IMG/VR virus record: IMGVR_UViG_3300027754_000069
Span: 18,689 to 82,688 of that record
Direction: 5' to 3' (one strand)
Origin: a virus
DNA length: 64,000 nucleotides
In this document: piece by piece, positions 34,217 through 43,737 of the stretch
Layout of the letters: every line of letters begins with the position of its first letter
How positions within the stretch are numbered: position 1 is the first letter of the stretch
The notes under the pieces: generated by a model
Database searches by the model: none
What the model was told of the DNA's origin: nothing
Seen by the model: the letters and a program-made list of their open reading frames with translations, nothing else
Made by a program: the position numbers and the translations under genes

Positions 34217-37200
34217 TATGAAGCCACCAATTCTGTACTTAGTTCGGGCATGTTCTCTAACCACCTTGCTGCAAATGTTGAAAAGTCATCGCTTGCAACT
34301 TGCATAAAGTTATAATGAAATTGCGAGAACTGTGCTTTAAGATCTGCTTTACGAGCATCGCTGCTCATTGCTTGGGCATACTGTTGTTTGAATGCGTTAG
34401 CTTGGGTTAACCAGTAGGCAATTTCTGTCCACTTGTCACCTTTACCATCGGCATATTGTCTCCACTTAGGATCATTAGCAATCTCCTGGATTGCTGGAAC
34501 TGTTACGCCCCAGAAATCTCTTTGGCTTGCTGAACGATTATCAGCCCAACCTGGAAAGTCTGTTTGGATTGCTTTAACCATTCGGTCATACTCTGCTTTA
34601 ATACCAAGTGATTGGTATCTAACTTGATATGACGAAGTAACTCCATATTGAGCCATAACTGAATCACGCCACTCTGTGGCTTTCTGATATTCAGCCCACC
34701 CACGGCGTGATTCAATGTCAACTCTTAGTTCTTCTGCACTCTTCTTTTGAGTAAGAGGAGAGTTATATCCGCCAGGGAAATTTAATCTCTTGTAGATTGC
34801 AGCGATCTCAGTTGAATATTCATCTGTTAACTCACCATATCCAGCAGATAACATTGATGCGTATTTAGTATCCCAACGACCAATCTTTTCAAGAAGGGCT
34901 GGGTTATTACGAATCATTTTAATATCTGAGTAGTTTGCAGCTACACCAGCAATGTTCTTTTGGTTTGAACCAATCAAAGCAATGGAGTCAATGCCCCATT
35001 CTTCTTCCATCTTCTTCTGCGCTAGGTCGTAGTCGCCACCAAACTGAGTAAGTAGGTCGCTGTAATACTGTGTAGCAGCACGAGTTACTGGATCAAAAGT
35101 TGTTGAGATAGGAGCAAAGAATTGAACCACAGAACGGATGAAAGACATATTACCTGCTGCTTTAGCAGCAACCGCCATGCTAGGAGGTTCGCCTGTACGT
35201 CCATTGCGATCCCATTCTGAATAAAGAACGCGATAGTTAGTAAACACTTCATCGACGAATCGATCACTACGCAGTATGCCAATCTTATCCAGTGCTGAAC
35301 GTAAATAGCCTGGAGCAATTGTATTAACTGCTGTGCTTACTAGGTTGCCACCTTCTTGTGGGTAACCACCATAAAGAATACTGTTTTCATAAAAGTCATC
35401 ACCAAATGTGGAACGTATGTTCTTTGCAATGTCTTCACCATGAATTGTCCATAAACCAAAAGGTGCTGTAAATCCATCTTTAACAAGTTGTGAAATTCCA
35501 ACGGTTCCAAACCAAGACACGCTTGGATCTGCAATCATGAATTCCATTTGCTTTGGATTCCATTTAAGCCCACCACCACGTGAGTCTGTATATGGCTTAA
35601 GCGCATCCTTTGCCCACTGAGGGAGCTTGTCTCCCAATGGAAGCGGATACTTAACGTTTACCTGAGTCCCTGGTGGAACATCTGACATCTTTGCATATGT
35701 GTTTCCATCTTGGTCTTCGTATGCTTCAAAGTTATCAAAAGCATTAGCAATACCGTTATACCAATATGCATTCATTGGGTTCTTAGCCATCAATTTCATG
35801 GCAACTACCTGGCTATTAAAGAACGCTAGAGGGAATGACATTGCAAAACGAGCAGCGTACATACCATTGGTAAGGCGACGTGATGAATACAGTGTTTGTT
35901 CCACACGTGCTAGTGCATTACGATAGGCAACCTGACGCATCTGGTTATTAACCACTGCATCTGATGGGTCAATGCCAGCACGTTGTGCTGCATTGATAAG
36001 TGTTCGCATTTCATCTCTTGTGTAATTCAAGAAGAGTGGATTACGAACCATTCTATTTTCAGATAACGCAAGAACGCGCCATGCTGCATCAGTAACTCCA
36101 GCTAAATTAGCAAATCTCTTTTCAGCCCAGTTCAAATCATTAAGATTAATGTTTGGACCTTCAATAGACTCAAGTAGATCTGGTCTATTGCGAAGAAGGA
36201 TTTCTGTTTCCTTGATTGAAACATCTCGTTCTAGGATAAGTTTACGTAGTTCTTCGCTTGGATACATCTTACGAAGCTTGTCGCTTGTTGTGCTAATCCA
36301 TGATGCAAATTCATCTTGAGTCATTTGATGACCAGCACGTGATGACATACGACGTCGGTATTCTTTACCAGCATCACCTGTATAAAGCCATTTAAGAATC
36401 TGTCCGTCTGATTCACCACGCATCATCATGCCTAAAGGCATCTCAAGTTCGTTACGAATCTGACGATTAGCAATATGTGCTAACGCATTCCAATAAGGCT
36501 TACCCTCGTTACGCTTGATTGTGACAAATCGTGAGCCTTCTGCACGTAGACGACGGCTATATTCAGCCTGCATAGATGTACTATAAAAGTTTTGTGTTGA
36601 ATCGATCTCAGACATGTAGGCTTTAGCACCACGAATGTTGGGATCTGCAAGACCTGCAATTGCATATTCTTTACCATTAACAATAATGACTTCTGCTTCT
36701 TGACCTAGCAGTTTACGATTGCGTAAAGCACCTTGTGCTTTAGCCTCGTCTGAAATAAGAGCACGTTTCTTTTCAATAAGAACTGAAAGACCATTAACAG
36801 CCTGTCCAGTGCGATCTAATTCATCGGTTGCCTTGTAGAAAGCATCTTGTGCTTTCCAAAGTTCGTAATCTGCTGCATGTTTTGCAGCATCTGCTTGTGC
36901 TTGTGTAGCTTTAGTAGCCTTTTTGGCTAGTGCTTCAGCTTTTGCTTGCGCTGTACGTGCTGCTTGCCATGCCATTTCGGCTGCATCAAAATTCTTTTGT
37001 GCTACTTCCCATGGTTCAACAGCAATTTTAAGATCACCAGCAAGGATATCCATCTCTTTGAGGACGGCTTTCTCTTGACGTCGTGATGCTGCGCTATTAG
37101 TTCCAGGAATCCAACGCTTTGCTTGTTCTGCACGTAGGCTTGTATTGTGAACAATGTTCTGTACACCAGGCATTCCGTTTTTTACAAGTTCCATTGATTC

Positions 37201-39171
37201 AAGTGCCATACTTCCACGAGCAAATGGATCAACCATTGAGTTCTTTGGGATGTATGCAAAGCGAAGTAGGTTTAAGTTGTTAAATACCATATTGGCTGTG
37301 TCAAGAACTTGACCTACAGCCATTCCAACCTTAGAGGCAAATGCTCCAAGCTCTTGACCTTTAGTAATTGGTGCTCTTGCACCAAGTGAACGCTTAGTAT
37401 TTACAATAACTTCAATTTCTAACTTACGGAAATCAAGCATTGGTACAGTCTGAGCTTCATTTGATACAGCAAAGAAGTTGGTTACGTTAAGGTTTCCATC
37501 TTCATCTGGTATAAATCCATGCTTAGTTGCATATTGGGTTAATGTTTGGCGACGCTCACTAACTCCAGCATGCCATTTAGTAATTTGGTCTACTGCATCT
37601 TTGTTAGTTTTGATATCATCGATACCACGAACACCGTAATTATTAGCAAGTCTAATCATGACTTGTTGTTCTACTTGCGCAAGAGCCATTGCTCGTTGAG
37701 TATCATCCTGTGCTGCAAGGAACTTCTCAACCATATCGCGCTTAAACTTTGCACCTTCTGAACCGCGCAGCATTTGCAAACGGTTAAGGTCTGATAGTAA
37801 ATCATTGGCTGCTTCAAACCTACGTGGGTTAGAAACATTGATGTGACCTTGTGGTCGACCTGAACCCACCCATGCAATAGCACGTACGGCACGATCGTAA
37901 ACATCTGTTTGATATACAGTTGAACGCCAGCCTTCGCCACCGTCTCGACCAAATAGTTTGATGTCACCATACTTAGCTTGCAAAGCAAGCTTTTGCTTAC
38001 CGAGGTTTAGCTTTTCTAATACGCCATACTTACCTGGTTGATAACTTTCAAGTACGCCACTAGTTGCTTTAGACATAAAGTCATCAAGTGCATCAGAAAA
38101 TTTAGGATCAGATGCTCGCTTGGCGTCAATGATAGCCTGATAGCGAGTTGTCAACTTAGGACTGATTGCATCTAATCCAATTTTAGAAAAATCTGAAATT
38201 GGTTCAAATCGGTTAATGCCATAATTGTCAATATGGTCAGCAAGTACTGGCTTGCTTTGCATTAAACGCATGAATGCTGCAGTATCACCACGTTCGGCAA
38301 GCAAGTAATCTCCAACATCTCGATGATTATCAAGACGAGAGACGATTGTTGCTGTGCGATATGGGTTTGCAGTTTCTGAAATCAAAGGATTCGCAGCAAG
38401 ACGAGTTAGATTTGTCTCTTTAACTGCGTCATCAATAAGAACACCAAGACCAGATGTAGGTGCTTCGCCAGTTTTGGCAGCAGCCCAAGCAACAGTATCC
38501 TCAACTTTAGCGCGGAATGTATTCATATCTGCAGTTGTAAGAATCTTTTTTGATCCAACTGCAGTCTTTACACCTGCACGAGTTATTGCTCCAGCACCTT
38601 TAGTACCAAGCAATGCGAGAGTTAAATCTGTTCCACCTGATGCAACAATTCCAAGCCATTCATCTCTGAATGCATTGTCTCGTTGTTTGTCATCAAAGAC
38701 GTTAAAGTTGCTGTCCATGAATGTAGGAGTAATTGCATCTGGTAATACAGATCCAACAACTCCTCCTACAGATGTGGCAAGAGCCTGACCCATTGAGATC
38801 TTCTTGGCTTGCTGGGATGCGTATCTAAAACTAGATACGCCCTTGCCTTGACCAAGAGCTTGTGGAACAAGAAGAGCAGTAGAGACACCCTGTGTAATAG
38901 GTTGAACTACGTATTTGCCTACTGTCTCCATAACCTTCATGGCTGGATTTACAATAAAACCAAATGGACTATTCTTTGCCTTTTCAATTCCAGAAGCAAT
39001 CTTAGGAACAATAGCTTTTTCAATTCCACCGACTTTAGTATTATCAAACTGTTGTTTCTTAAAAGAATCTACAGGTGAATACGTTGGTCCAGGGGCGGTT
39101 GCTGGTGTTTCAGCGTAGTACTTATCCCACCAGTTGGGAGTTGGTGTTGGCTGTGGTTGCATCTGCGACAT
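34216..39171 (-). CDS. Very large (1651 aa) internal virion/ejection protein
   Basis: Size, helical character and position in the podoviral core module; no catalytic motif recognised. Confidence 0.7.
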   Translation of the reverse strand: MSQMQPQPTPTPNWWDKYYAETPATAPGPTYSPVDSFKKQQFDNTKVGGIEKAIVPKIASGIEKAKNSPFGFIVNPAMKVMETVGKYVVQPITQGVSTALLVPQALGQGKGVSSFRYASQQAKKISMGQALATSVGGVVGSVLPDAITPTFMDSNFNVFDDKQRDNAFRDEWLGIVASGGTDLTLALLGTKGAGAITRAGVKTAVGSKKILTTADMNTFRAKVEDTVAWAAAKTGEAPTSGLGVLIDDAVKETNLTRLAANPLISETANPYRTATIVSRLDNHRDVGDYLLAERGDTAAFMRLMQSKPVLADHIDNYGINRFEPISDFSKIGLDAISPKLTTRYQAIIDAKRASDPKFSDALDDFMSKATSGVLESYQPGKYGVLEKLNLGKQKLALQAKYGDIKLFGRDGGEGWRSTVYQTDVYDRAVRAIAWVGSGRPQGHINVSNPRRFEAANDLLSDLNRLQMLRGSEGAKFKRDMVEKFLAAQDDTQRAMALAQVEQQVMIRLANNYGVRGIDDIKTNKDAVDQITKWHAGVSERRQTLTQYATKHGFIPDEDGNLNVTNFFAVSNEAQTVPMLDFRKLEIEVIVNTKRSLGARAPITKGQELGAFASKVGMAVGQVLDTANMVFNNLNLLRFAYIPKNSMVDPFARGSMALESMELVKNGMPGVQNIVHNTSLRAEQAKRWIPGTNSAASRRQEKAVLKEMDILAGDLKIAVEPWEVAQKNFDAAEMAWQAARTAQAKAEALAKKATKATQAQADAAKHAADYELWKAQDAFYKATDELDRTGQAVNGLSVLIEKKRALISDEAKAQGALRNRKLLGQEAEVIIVNGKEYAIAGLADPNIRGAKAYMSEIDSTQNFYSTSMQAEYSRRLRAEGSRFVTIKRNEGKPYWNALAHIANRQIRNELEMPLGMMMRGESDGQILKWLYTGDAGKEYRRRMSSRAGHQMTQDEFASWISTTSDKLRKMYPSEELRKLILERDVSIKETEILLRNRPDLLESIEGPNINLNDLNWAEKRFANLAGVTDAAWRVLALSENRMVRNPLFLNYTRDEMRTLINAAQRAGIDPSDAVVNNQMRQVAYRNALARVEQTLYSSRRLTNGMYAARFAMSFPLAFFNSQVVAMKLMAKNPMNAYWYNGIANAFDNFEAYEDQDGNTYAKMSDVPPGTQVNVKYPLPLGDKLPQWAKDALKPYTDSRGGGLKWNPKQMEFMIADPSVSWFGTVGISQLVKDGFTAPFGLWTIHGEDIAKNIRSTFGDDFYENSILYGGYPQEGGNLVSTAVNTIAPGYLRSALDKIGILRSDRFVDEVFTNYRVLYSEWDRNGRTGEPPSMAVAAKAAGNMSFIRSVVQFFAPISTTFDPVTRAATQYYSDLLTQFGGDYDLAQKKMEEEWGIDSIALIGSNQKNIAGVAANYSDIKMIRNNPALLEKIGRWDTKYASMLSAGYGELTDEYSTEIAAIYKRLNFPGGYNSPLTQKKSAEELRVDIESRRGWAEYQKATEWRDSVMAQYGVTSSYQVRYQSLGIKAEYDRMVKAIQTDFPGWADNRSASQRDFWGVTVPAIQEIANDPKWRQYADGKGDKWTEIAYWLTQANAFKQQYAQAMSSDARKADLKAQFSQFHYNFMQVASDDFSTFAARWLENMPELSTELVAS

Positions 39172-39328
39172 TAGTCATTCCCCCTTCTGGAGCTGTAGTT
39201 AATTCATTAAGTAAATCAATGCGATCACTATCAGACTCAAAAGGAAAACGAGCTAAATCCCATGCTACTGGAGCCAACTCAAACCCAAGATACTCGAGGT
39301 TCTCCTCGAACTTCTTGAATACTTTCAT
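39122..39328 (-). CDS. Hypothetical protein
   Basis: ATGA coupling. Confidence 0.65.
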   Translation of the reverse strand: MKVFKKFEENLEYLGFELAPVAWDLARFPFESDSDRIDLLNELTTAPEGGMTNVADATTANTNSQLVG

Positions 39329-39741
39329 TCAGTTTGACTCCGTAGATATTTAACAAATGCTTTCATTGTTCCAGTTGAATTAGGTGAATCTGCAAACTGC
39401 ATCATTAGAGGTAGATACTTTTGTAACGCAGTTAAGTCTCCTACTTGTACATCACTGGGTGCTTTAAGTCCTAGTACTTCACTGCCTGGACCTGGACCAG
39501 CATCAACACCTGCAGTAACAGGTTCGTTTGGTCGGTTAGTTTGCGCAGATAACGGAATAACACTGCCTAATGGATTAGCAGATTTTGCCATTGGTGCGCC
39601 CGCCTGTTGTGCAAGAAAATCCTTTTGCTCGCCATAGGCTGCATTAGGTAATCTTTTAGCACCCTGCGCTGGGATATCTGGTCGCTTGGAAAACTTTCCA
39701 GGACCAGATACCGCGCCAGGATTGGGTTGCAACATAGACAT
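39325..39741 (-). CDS. Hypothetical virion protein
   Basis: VSGPGKFSKR, YGE, RPNEPVTAG..GPGPG. Confidence 0.75.
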   Translation of the reverse strand: MSMLQPNPGAVSGPGKFSKRPDIPAQGAKRLPNAAYGEQKDFLAQQAGAPMAKSANPLGSVIPLSAQTNRPNEPVTAGVDAGPGPGSEVLGLKAPSDVQVGDLTALQKYLPLMMQFADSPNSTGTMKAFVKYLRSQTE

Positions 39742-39747
39742 GAATTA

Positions 39748-41226
39748 CTACTTTCTTGAAGCTTCGTATGCTTTCGCTGCTTTAGATCCTGGTACATATG
39801 GAACTGGACCTGTATACATTGGCTTAGGAGCTGGCTTGTTATTAGGGATCTTCACTGTTGTGTTTCGATAAATCTTGCGAGGATCTTTAATTTTCTTATT
39901 AGCTGCTAGTAACTCTGAAAGAGTTACGCCAGCCTTCTTAGCAATACCTGAAAGTGTGTCACCGTGTTCAACTTTGTAATCAGTAGTTGTTCCACCAGGA
40001 CCGATCTTAAGACCTTTACCGCCACCCTTTGGATACGCACCTGCTGGACGCTTAGGCAATGCTGTTAGACCTGCAGCTGCTGCTGCAGTTGTCTTTCCTT
40101 TTAATCCACCTGGAACTGCACGACCATAAGATGCGTTAGTCATCTTATCTTCACGACCGCGACCAAATGGCTTTCCTGAATTGATCATGTCCCAAGTTGT
40201 GCGATCCTTGGTATCTTTGCTTAATGCTTTATGAATAGGACCTGCAGCAAGAGATGCTGCTGTAATTGCAAGACCGACTTTACCGCCAGTTGCTTTCCAT
40301 GCGCCTTTACCAATTGCACGTGCAACTGTGCCTGCAGTAACTTTCTTAGCTGCTGACTTAGCACCAGTTGTAGCAACTGTGCCTGCGCCCTTCTTTGCAA
40401 CTACTGCAGGAAGGTTAGGTGTTCCGCCTTTAGCAATACGAACCGCTTCGCCCTTTGACTTACCTGACGCAACCGCTGCCTTGTACCTATCAACTTCTGC
40501 TGCTGTCTTAAGTTCACCTGCTGCTGCAACACCTGTTTTAATTTTTGGTGTTGTTACTGTTGGCTTAGTTGTTGTTGGCTTAGCTGTTGTTGTGCCTCTT
40601 GTTGCTGCCCAGTTCTTACGTTCTGCTGGTGTCATCTTTGCCCATGCTGCTTTATTAGCAGCAGACTTTTCTGCACGAGTTACGCCAGGCTTCTTAACGC
40701 CAGGCTTTGGCGAGAATCCCTTGTTAACCTTTGGAGGTTTATTTGGCGGTGTTTGACCACCACCTGCAGCAGCAACCTTTGGTTTAGGTTTTGATATTGT
40801 TTCAGCGGTTCCAGAAACTGGACGAGTTGTCAACTTCTTCTTTGATTTTGGTTTTGGCTTCTCTGGTTTAGCTGCAGCAGGTGCTGTTGCTTTAGCAGGA
40901 GCAGATTTAGCTGCTGCTGCATCTTCTTTTGCATACATGCGATCAACTGCAGCTCTAGCCTCACGGCGATCACGAGCAATTCGCTCTTGTGCTGTTTCAG
41001 TTGGCTTACTAAATACTTTATTTCCGCGATCATCGGTAATGTAACCTGCCTTGGCTTCTTTCTTTACTTCTGAAAGAACTGCCTTATCTTCTGCAGATAC
41101 TTTTGCCATAGGGTCACGGCGTACCGCCTTGGTCTTTCTACTTGTGAAAGCTCCCTTGGCATCGGCTACAGCAGCTTTACGCGCCTGCTTAAACTTCTTC
41201 GGAGCTTTTGGTTTCTTTGCTGCCAT
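39748..41226 (-). CDS. Histone-H1-like K/A/P/T-rich protein with C-terminal LysM
   Basis: Composition; YKVEHGDTLSGIAKKAGVTLSELLAAN...IY....KIP. Confidence 0.8.
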   Translation of the reverse strand: MAAKKPKAPKKFKQARKAAVADAKGAFTSRKTKAVRRDPMAKVSAEDKAVLSEVKKEAKAGYITDDRGNKVFSKPTETAQERIARDRREARAAVDRMYAKEDAAAAKSAPAKATAPAAAKPEKPKPKSKKKLTTRPVSGTAETISKPKPKVAAAGGGQTPPNKPPKVNKGFSPKPGVKKPGVTRAEKSAANKAAWAKMTPAERKNWAATRGTTTAKPTTTKPTVTTPKIKTGVAAAGELKTAAEVDRYKAAVASGKSKGEAVRIAKGGTPNLPAVVAKKGAGTVATTGAKSAAKKVTAGTVARAIGKGAWKATGGKVGLAITAASLAAGPIHKALSKDTKDRTTWDMINSGKPFGRGREDKMTNASYGRAVPGGLKGKTTAAAAAGLTALPKRPAGAYPKGGGKGLKIGPGGTTTDYKVEHGDTLSGIAKKAGVTLSELLAANKKIKDPRKIYRNTTVKIPNNKPAPKPMYTGPVPYVPGSKAAKAYEASRK

Positions 41227-41228
41227 GG

Positions 41229-41771
41229 TTATCCTCTTCCGATGTAGCCGAATTGACCATTTTTTGTATTTTTAGGCGTCGGCTTTTTAGTTATTTTTGG
41301 TGTTGGTTTAGCCGTTACTTTAGGTGTTGGCGTAGGTGTTGGTTTAATTGTTATTTTAGGTTTTGGTTTTGCTGTTACCTTAGGCGTTGGCGTTACCTTG
41401 GGTTTTACCACTCTTGGCTTAGGCTTAACAGTTACTGTTGAAGTATCCACTGGTGTAATCACTGTTGAAGTATCCACTGGTGTAGTTACCGTTGAGGTAT
41501 CTTCTGGTGGAATAATTACTTTTGGTGGGACTGTTGCTTTAGGCGTAAGGGTTGGCTTAACTACCTTTGGCTTAGGTTTTGGTGTAGCAGTTGGCTTGGG
41601 TGTTGGCTTTACTACCTTAGGTTTAGGCGTTGGCGTAGCTGATGGTTTAGGTTTTGGTGGAGGATTATCTCTAACCATGCCTTTTTCAAATCGATAAATA
41701 CCCTTGGGGAGCGAACTCATCGGTTTCCAAGTTTTTGATTTGCTATCGTAATACCATCTACTGTCAGCCAT
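41229..41771 (-). CDS. Pro/Lys/Thr repeat protein (B only)
   Basis: PTPK/PKV repeats and three DTSTV units; AAGGA SD. Confidence 0.7.
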   Translation of the reverse strand: MADSRWYYDSKSKTWKPMSSLPKGIYRFEKGMVRDNPPPKPKPSATPTPKPKVVKPTPKPTATPKPKPKVVKPTLTPKATVPPKVIIPPEDTSTVTTPVDTSTVITPVDTSTVTVKPKPRVVKPKVTPTPKVTAKPKPKITIKPTPTPTPKVTAKPTPKITKKPTPKNTKNGQFGYIGRG

Positions 41772-41801
41772 AAATGTCCTTTACTTAAAAGTTATTAAGC
41801 T

Positions 41802-41951
41802 TTACTTAAGCTTGTTGTTGTTGCCCTTTGTGCCTTTTGACAAAGTACCTTGCTTCACCATTCCACCACCAACGACTTTTCCGCCGTTTTTCTTGCCCAT
41901 GATTGCTGTTGAAGTTGGAGCCTTTGCTGATTTTCCTTGCTTTCCGAACAT
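41802..41951 (-). CDS. 49-aa basic protein MFGKQGK...NKLK
   Basis: Read manually; homolog of 1018..1167. Confidence 0.85.
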   Translation of the reverse strand: MFGKQGKSAKAPTSTAIMGKKNGGKVVGGGMVKQGTLSKGTKGNNNKLK

Positions 41952-41965
41952 TTGTTTCTCCTTAG

Positions 41966-43732
41966 TTATGCTGGGATCTGACGAGTTACTCTCGCTGCTA
42001 GATTTGGATTTCCTCCACCTGTTAGACCTGCAAGCAGTTCTTGCATTGCTGGTCTACCTTGAGGAAGTTGTGGTGCTTGTCCTCCGCCCATTCCAGGTTC
42101 AGGAACTGCTGGTTGTTCTTGCATTCCTGGTTGTCCTGCTGGGGCTTCTGGTGCTGGTTCTGGCTTAAAAGCATTTGCTACTGCATCTTCAAGAGGGATA
42201 CCCTTCTTGCGATCTGTAATAACGCTTGCCATTTTTTCTACAATCTTCATTGGGTCTTGACCTTGCATTACCATTTGTGGAATTGCTGCAGCCATTTGTG
42301 ATACGGACGCTTTAAGGGAATCACGCATCTCTTCAATGTCGATTGCTCGCTCTTCTTCACCAGCATTAAGCGAGATAGGAAGGTTGCGACGCAACATTCC
42401 ACGAGAGATTAACTTATCTCCACGAGCTTGTAGACCCCATACCAATGCACGGTTAGGGTCTAAACCTGCCATAAGACCGTACTCAACGGTCACGCCATAA
42501 TTTCCATTAATGTCGGAAGATGGCTTGTACTTTAACTTGTAAGGAACTCCGTTAGCAGTTGCGGATACTTCACGAGTAATCTCTGGGAAATATGCTTCAT
42601 CAGTTGCAAATGCAAATGAGATTGCCTGTCCAATTGCCTCACCAAGAATTGATTGGTAAATCTTAACTTGTGAATCGTATCCTGCCATCAAAGCCTTTAC
42701 GCCTTGACCAGTAACTACTGATCCTTCTGCTTGTCCTGCACGTGCTTGAGGGAAACGTGTTCCCAATTTCATTTCATCCGCTAGGACATTGTTCTCCGCA
42801 AACGCGAACTGAGGTACATCCAGGTTGATACGACGAATTTTCTCAGGAGAGTTAGAACGAATGACTGAATCAGGACCAATGGATAAAGAAGTAACATCAT
42901 TAGGAAGAGCAAGTGGAGCTTCAACAGACTTCTGAACAGCTTCCATAGTAAGGAGAGCAAGTCGCGCTTTCGCTGCGTAAACAGGTAGTACATCGTCGAA
43001 CTGACCCCTGGTCTCGCCATCCAAAGAAGGACGTTGAGCAATTGCAATTGGGACGATACCCGCCTTGTTTGGTGTCGTTGCAAGTACTAACCCTCCACGA
43101 TCTGGTAAAAATAAAACAGTCTTTTGTCTGTCTGTCCAACGTACAACCTGTAACAAACTGTTACCGTCGCCACGTGTATAAGTATTTGTTTGAAGAATTG
43201 CATCGGCATGCTCGGGGAAGTGAGCAGCCAAGTCTCCAGCTTTACGGTGATATAGACGAGCGTAGGTGTTTACAACACCGAAGCGATCCATATCGTAATA
43301 AGCACCCATTGAATTTTCCACATGGATGTGTGGTCGCTTGTCCTTAAAGTTTGGTTCAACTCGTAAAGGAACAAAGCCATAGGTTGCTAACTGATCTGCG
43401 CCACGCAGTAGTTCCGTTCCAAGCCGAGATGATGCAACATAATAGTTTGCAATCTTGGTACGCTTGTCAGCCTTGGAACGCTGGTTATCATCGAGAGATG
43501 AATCACCAGCAGCAGTAATGGTAGGTAGAACACCGACTTGTTCAGCAACATCTCTTGCGACAACGTCAATGAGGTTGGCAATAATAGGACGTGACCAAAT
43601 GCCTTCTGGGAATAAACCACGGAAGACCTGATCGGCATTGCCAGCTCTAACAAGAGCAACCTCGCGCATGCGCTTATCGCGCTCGGAGTTACGAGCTTTT
43701 AATTGCTCGAATGCATTTACAAGTTCTTTCAT
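41966..43732 (-). CDS. Portal protein
   Basis: Close homolog of 1181..2938. Confidence 0.8.
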   Translation of the reverse strand: MKELVNAFEQLKARNSERDKRMREVALVRAGNADQVFRGLFPEGIWSRPIIANLIDVVARDVAEQVGVLPTITAAGDSSLDDNQRSKADKRTKIANYYVASSRLGTELLRGADQLATYGFVPLRVEPNFKDKRPHIHVENSMGAYYDMDRFGVVNTYARLYHRKAGDLAAHFPEHADAILQTNTYTRGDGNSLLQVVRWTDRQKTVLFLPDRGGLVLATTPNKAGIVPIAIAQRPSLDGETRGQFDDVLPVYAAKARLALLTMEAVQKSVEAPLALPNDVTSLSIGPDSVIRSNSPEKIRRINLDVPQFAFAENNVLADEMKLGTRFPQARAGQAEGSVVTGQGVKALMAGYDSQVKIYQSILGEAIGQAISFAFATDEAYFPEITREVSATANGVPYKLKYKPSSDINGNYGVTVEYGLMAGLDPNRALVWGLQARGDKLISRGMLRRNLPISLNAGEEERAIDIEEMRDSLKASVSQMAAAIPQMVMQGQDPMKIVEKMASVITDRKKGIPLEDAVANAFKPEPAPEAPAGQPGMQEQPAVPEPGMGGGQAPQLPQGRPAMQELLAGLTGGGNPNLAARVTRQIPA

Positions 43733-43737
43733 TGATG

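Noticed and set aside
34216-39171. Virion RNA polymerase call
   Set aside because: No DxDxD or T7-type motif set recognised; left as an open structural question.
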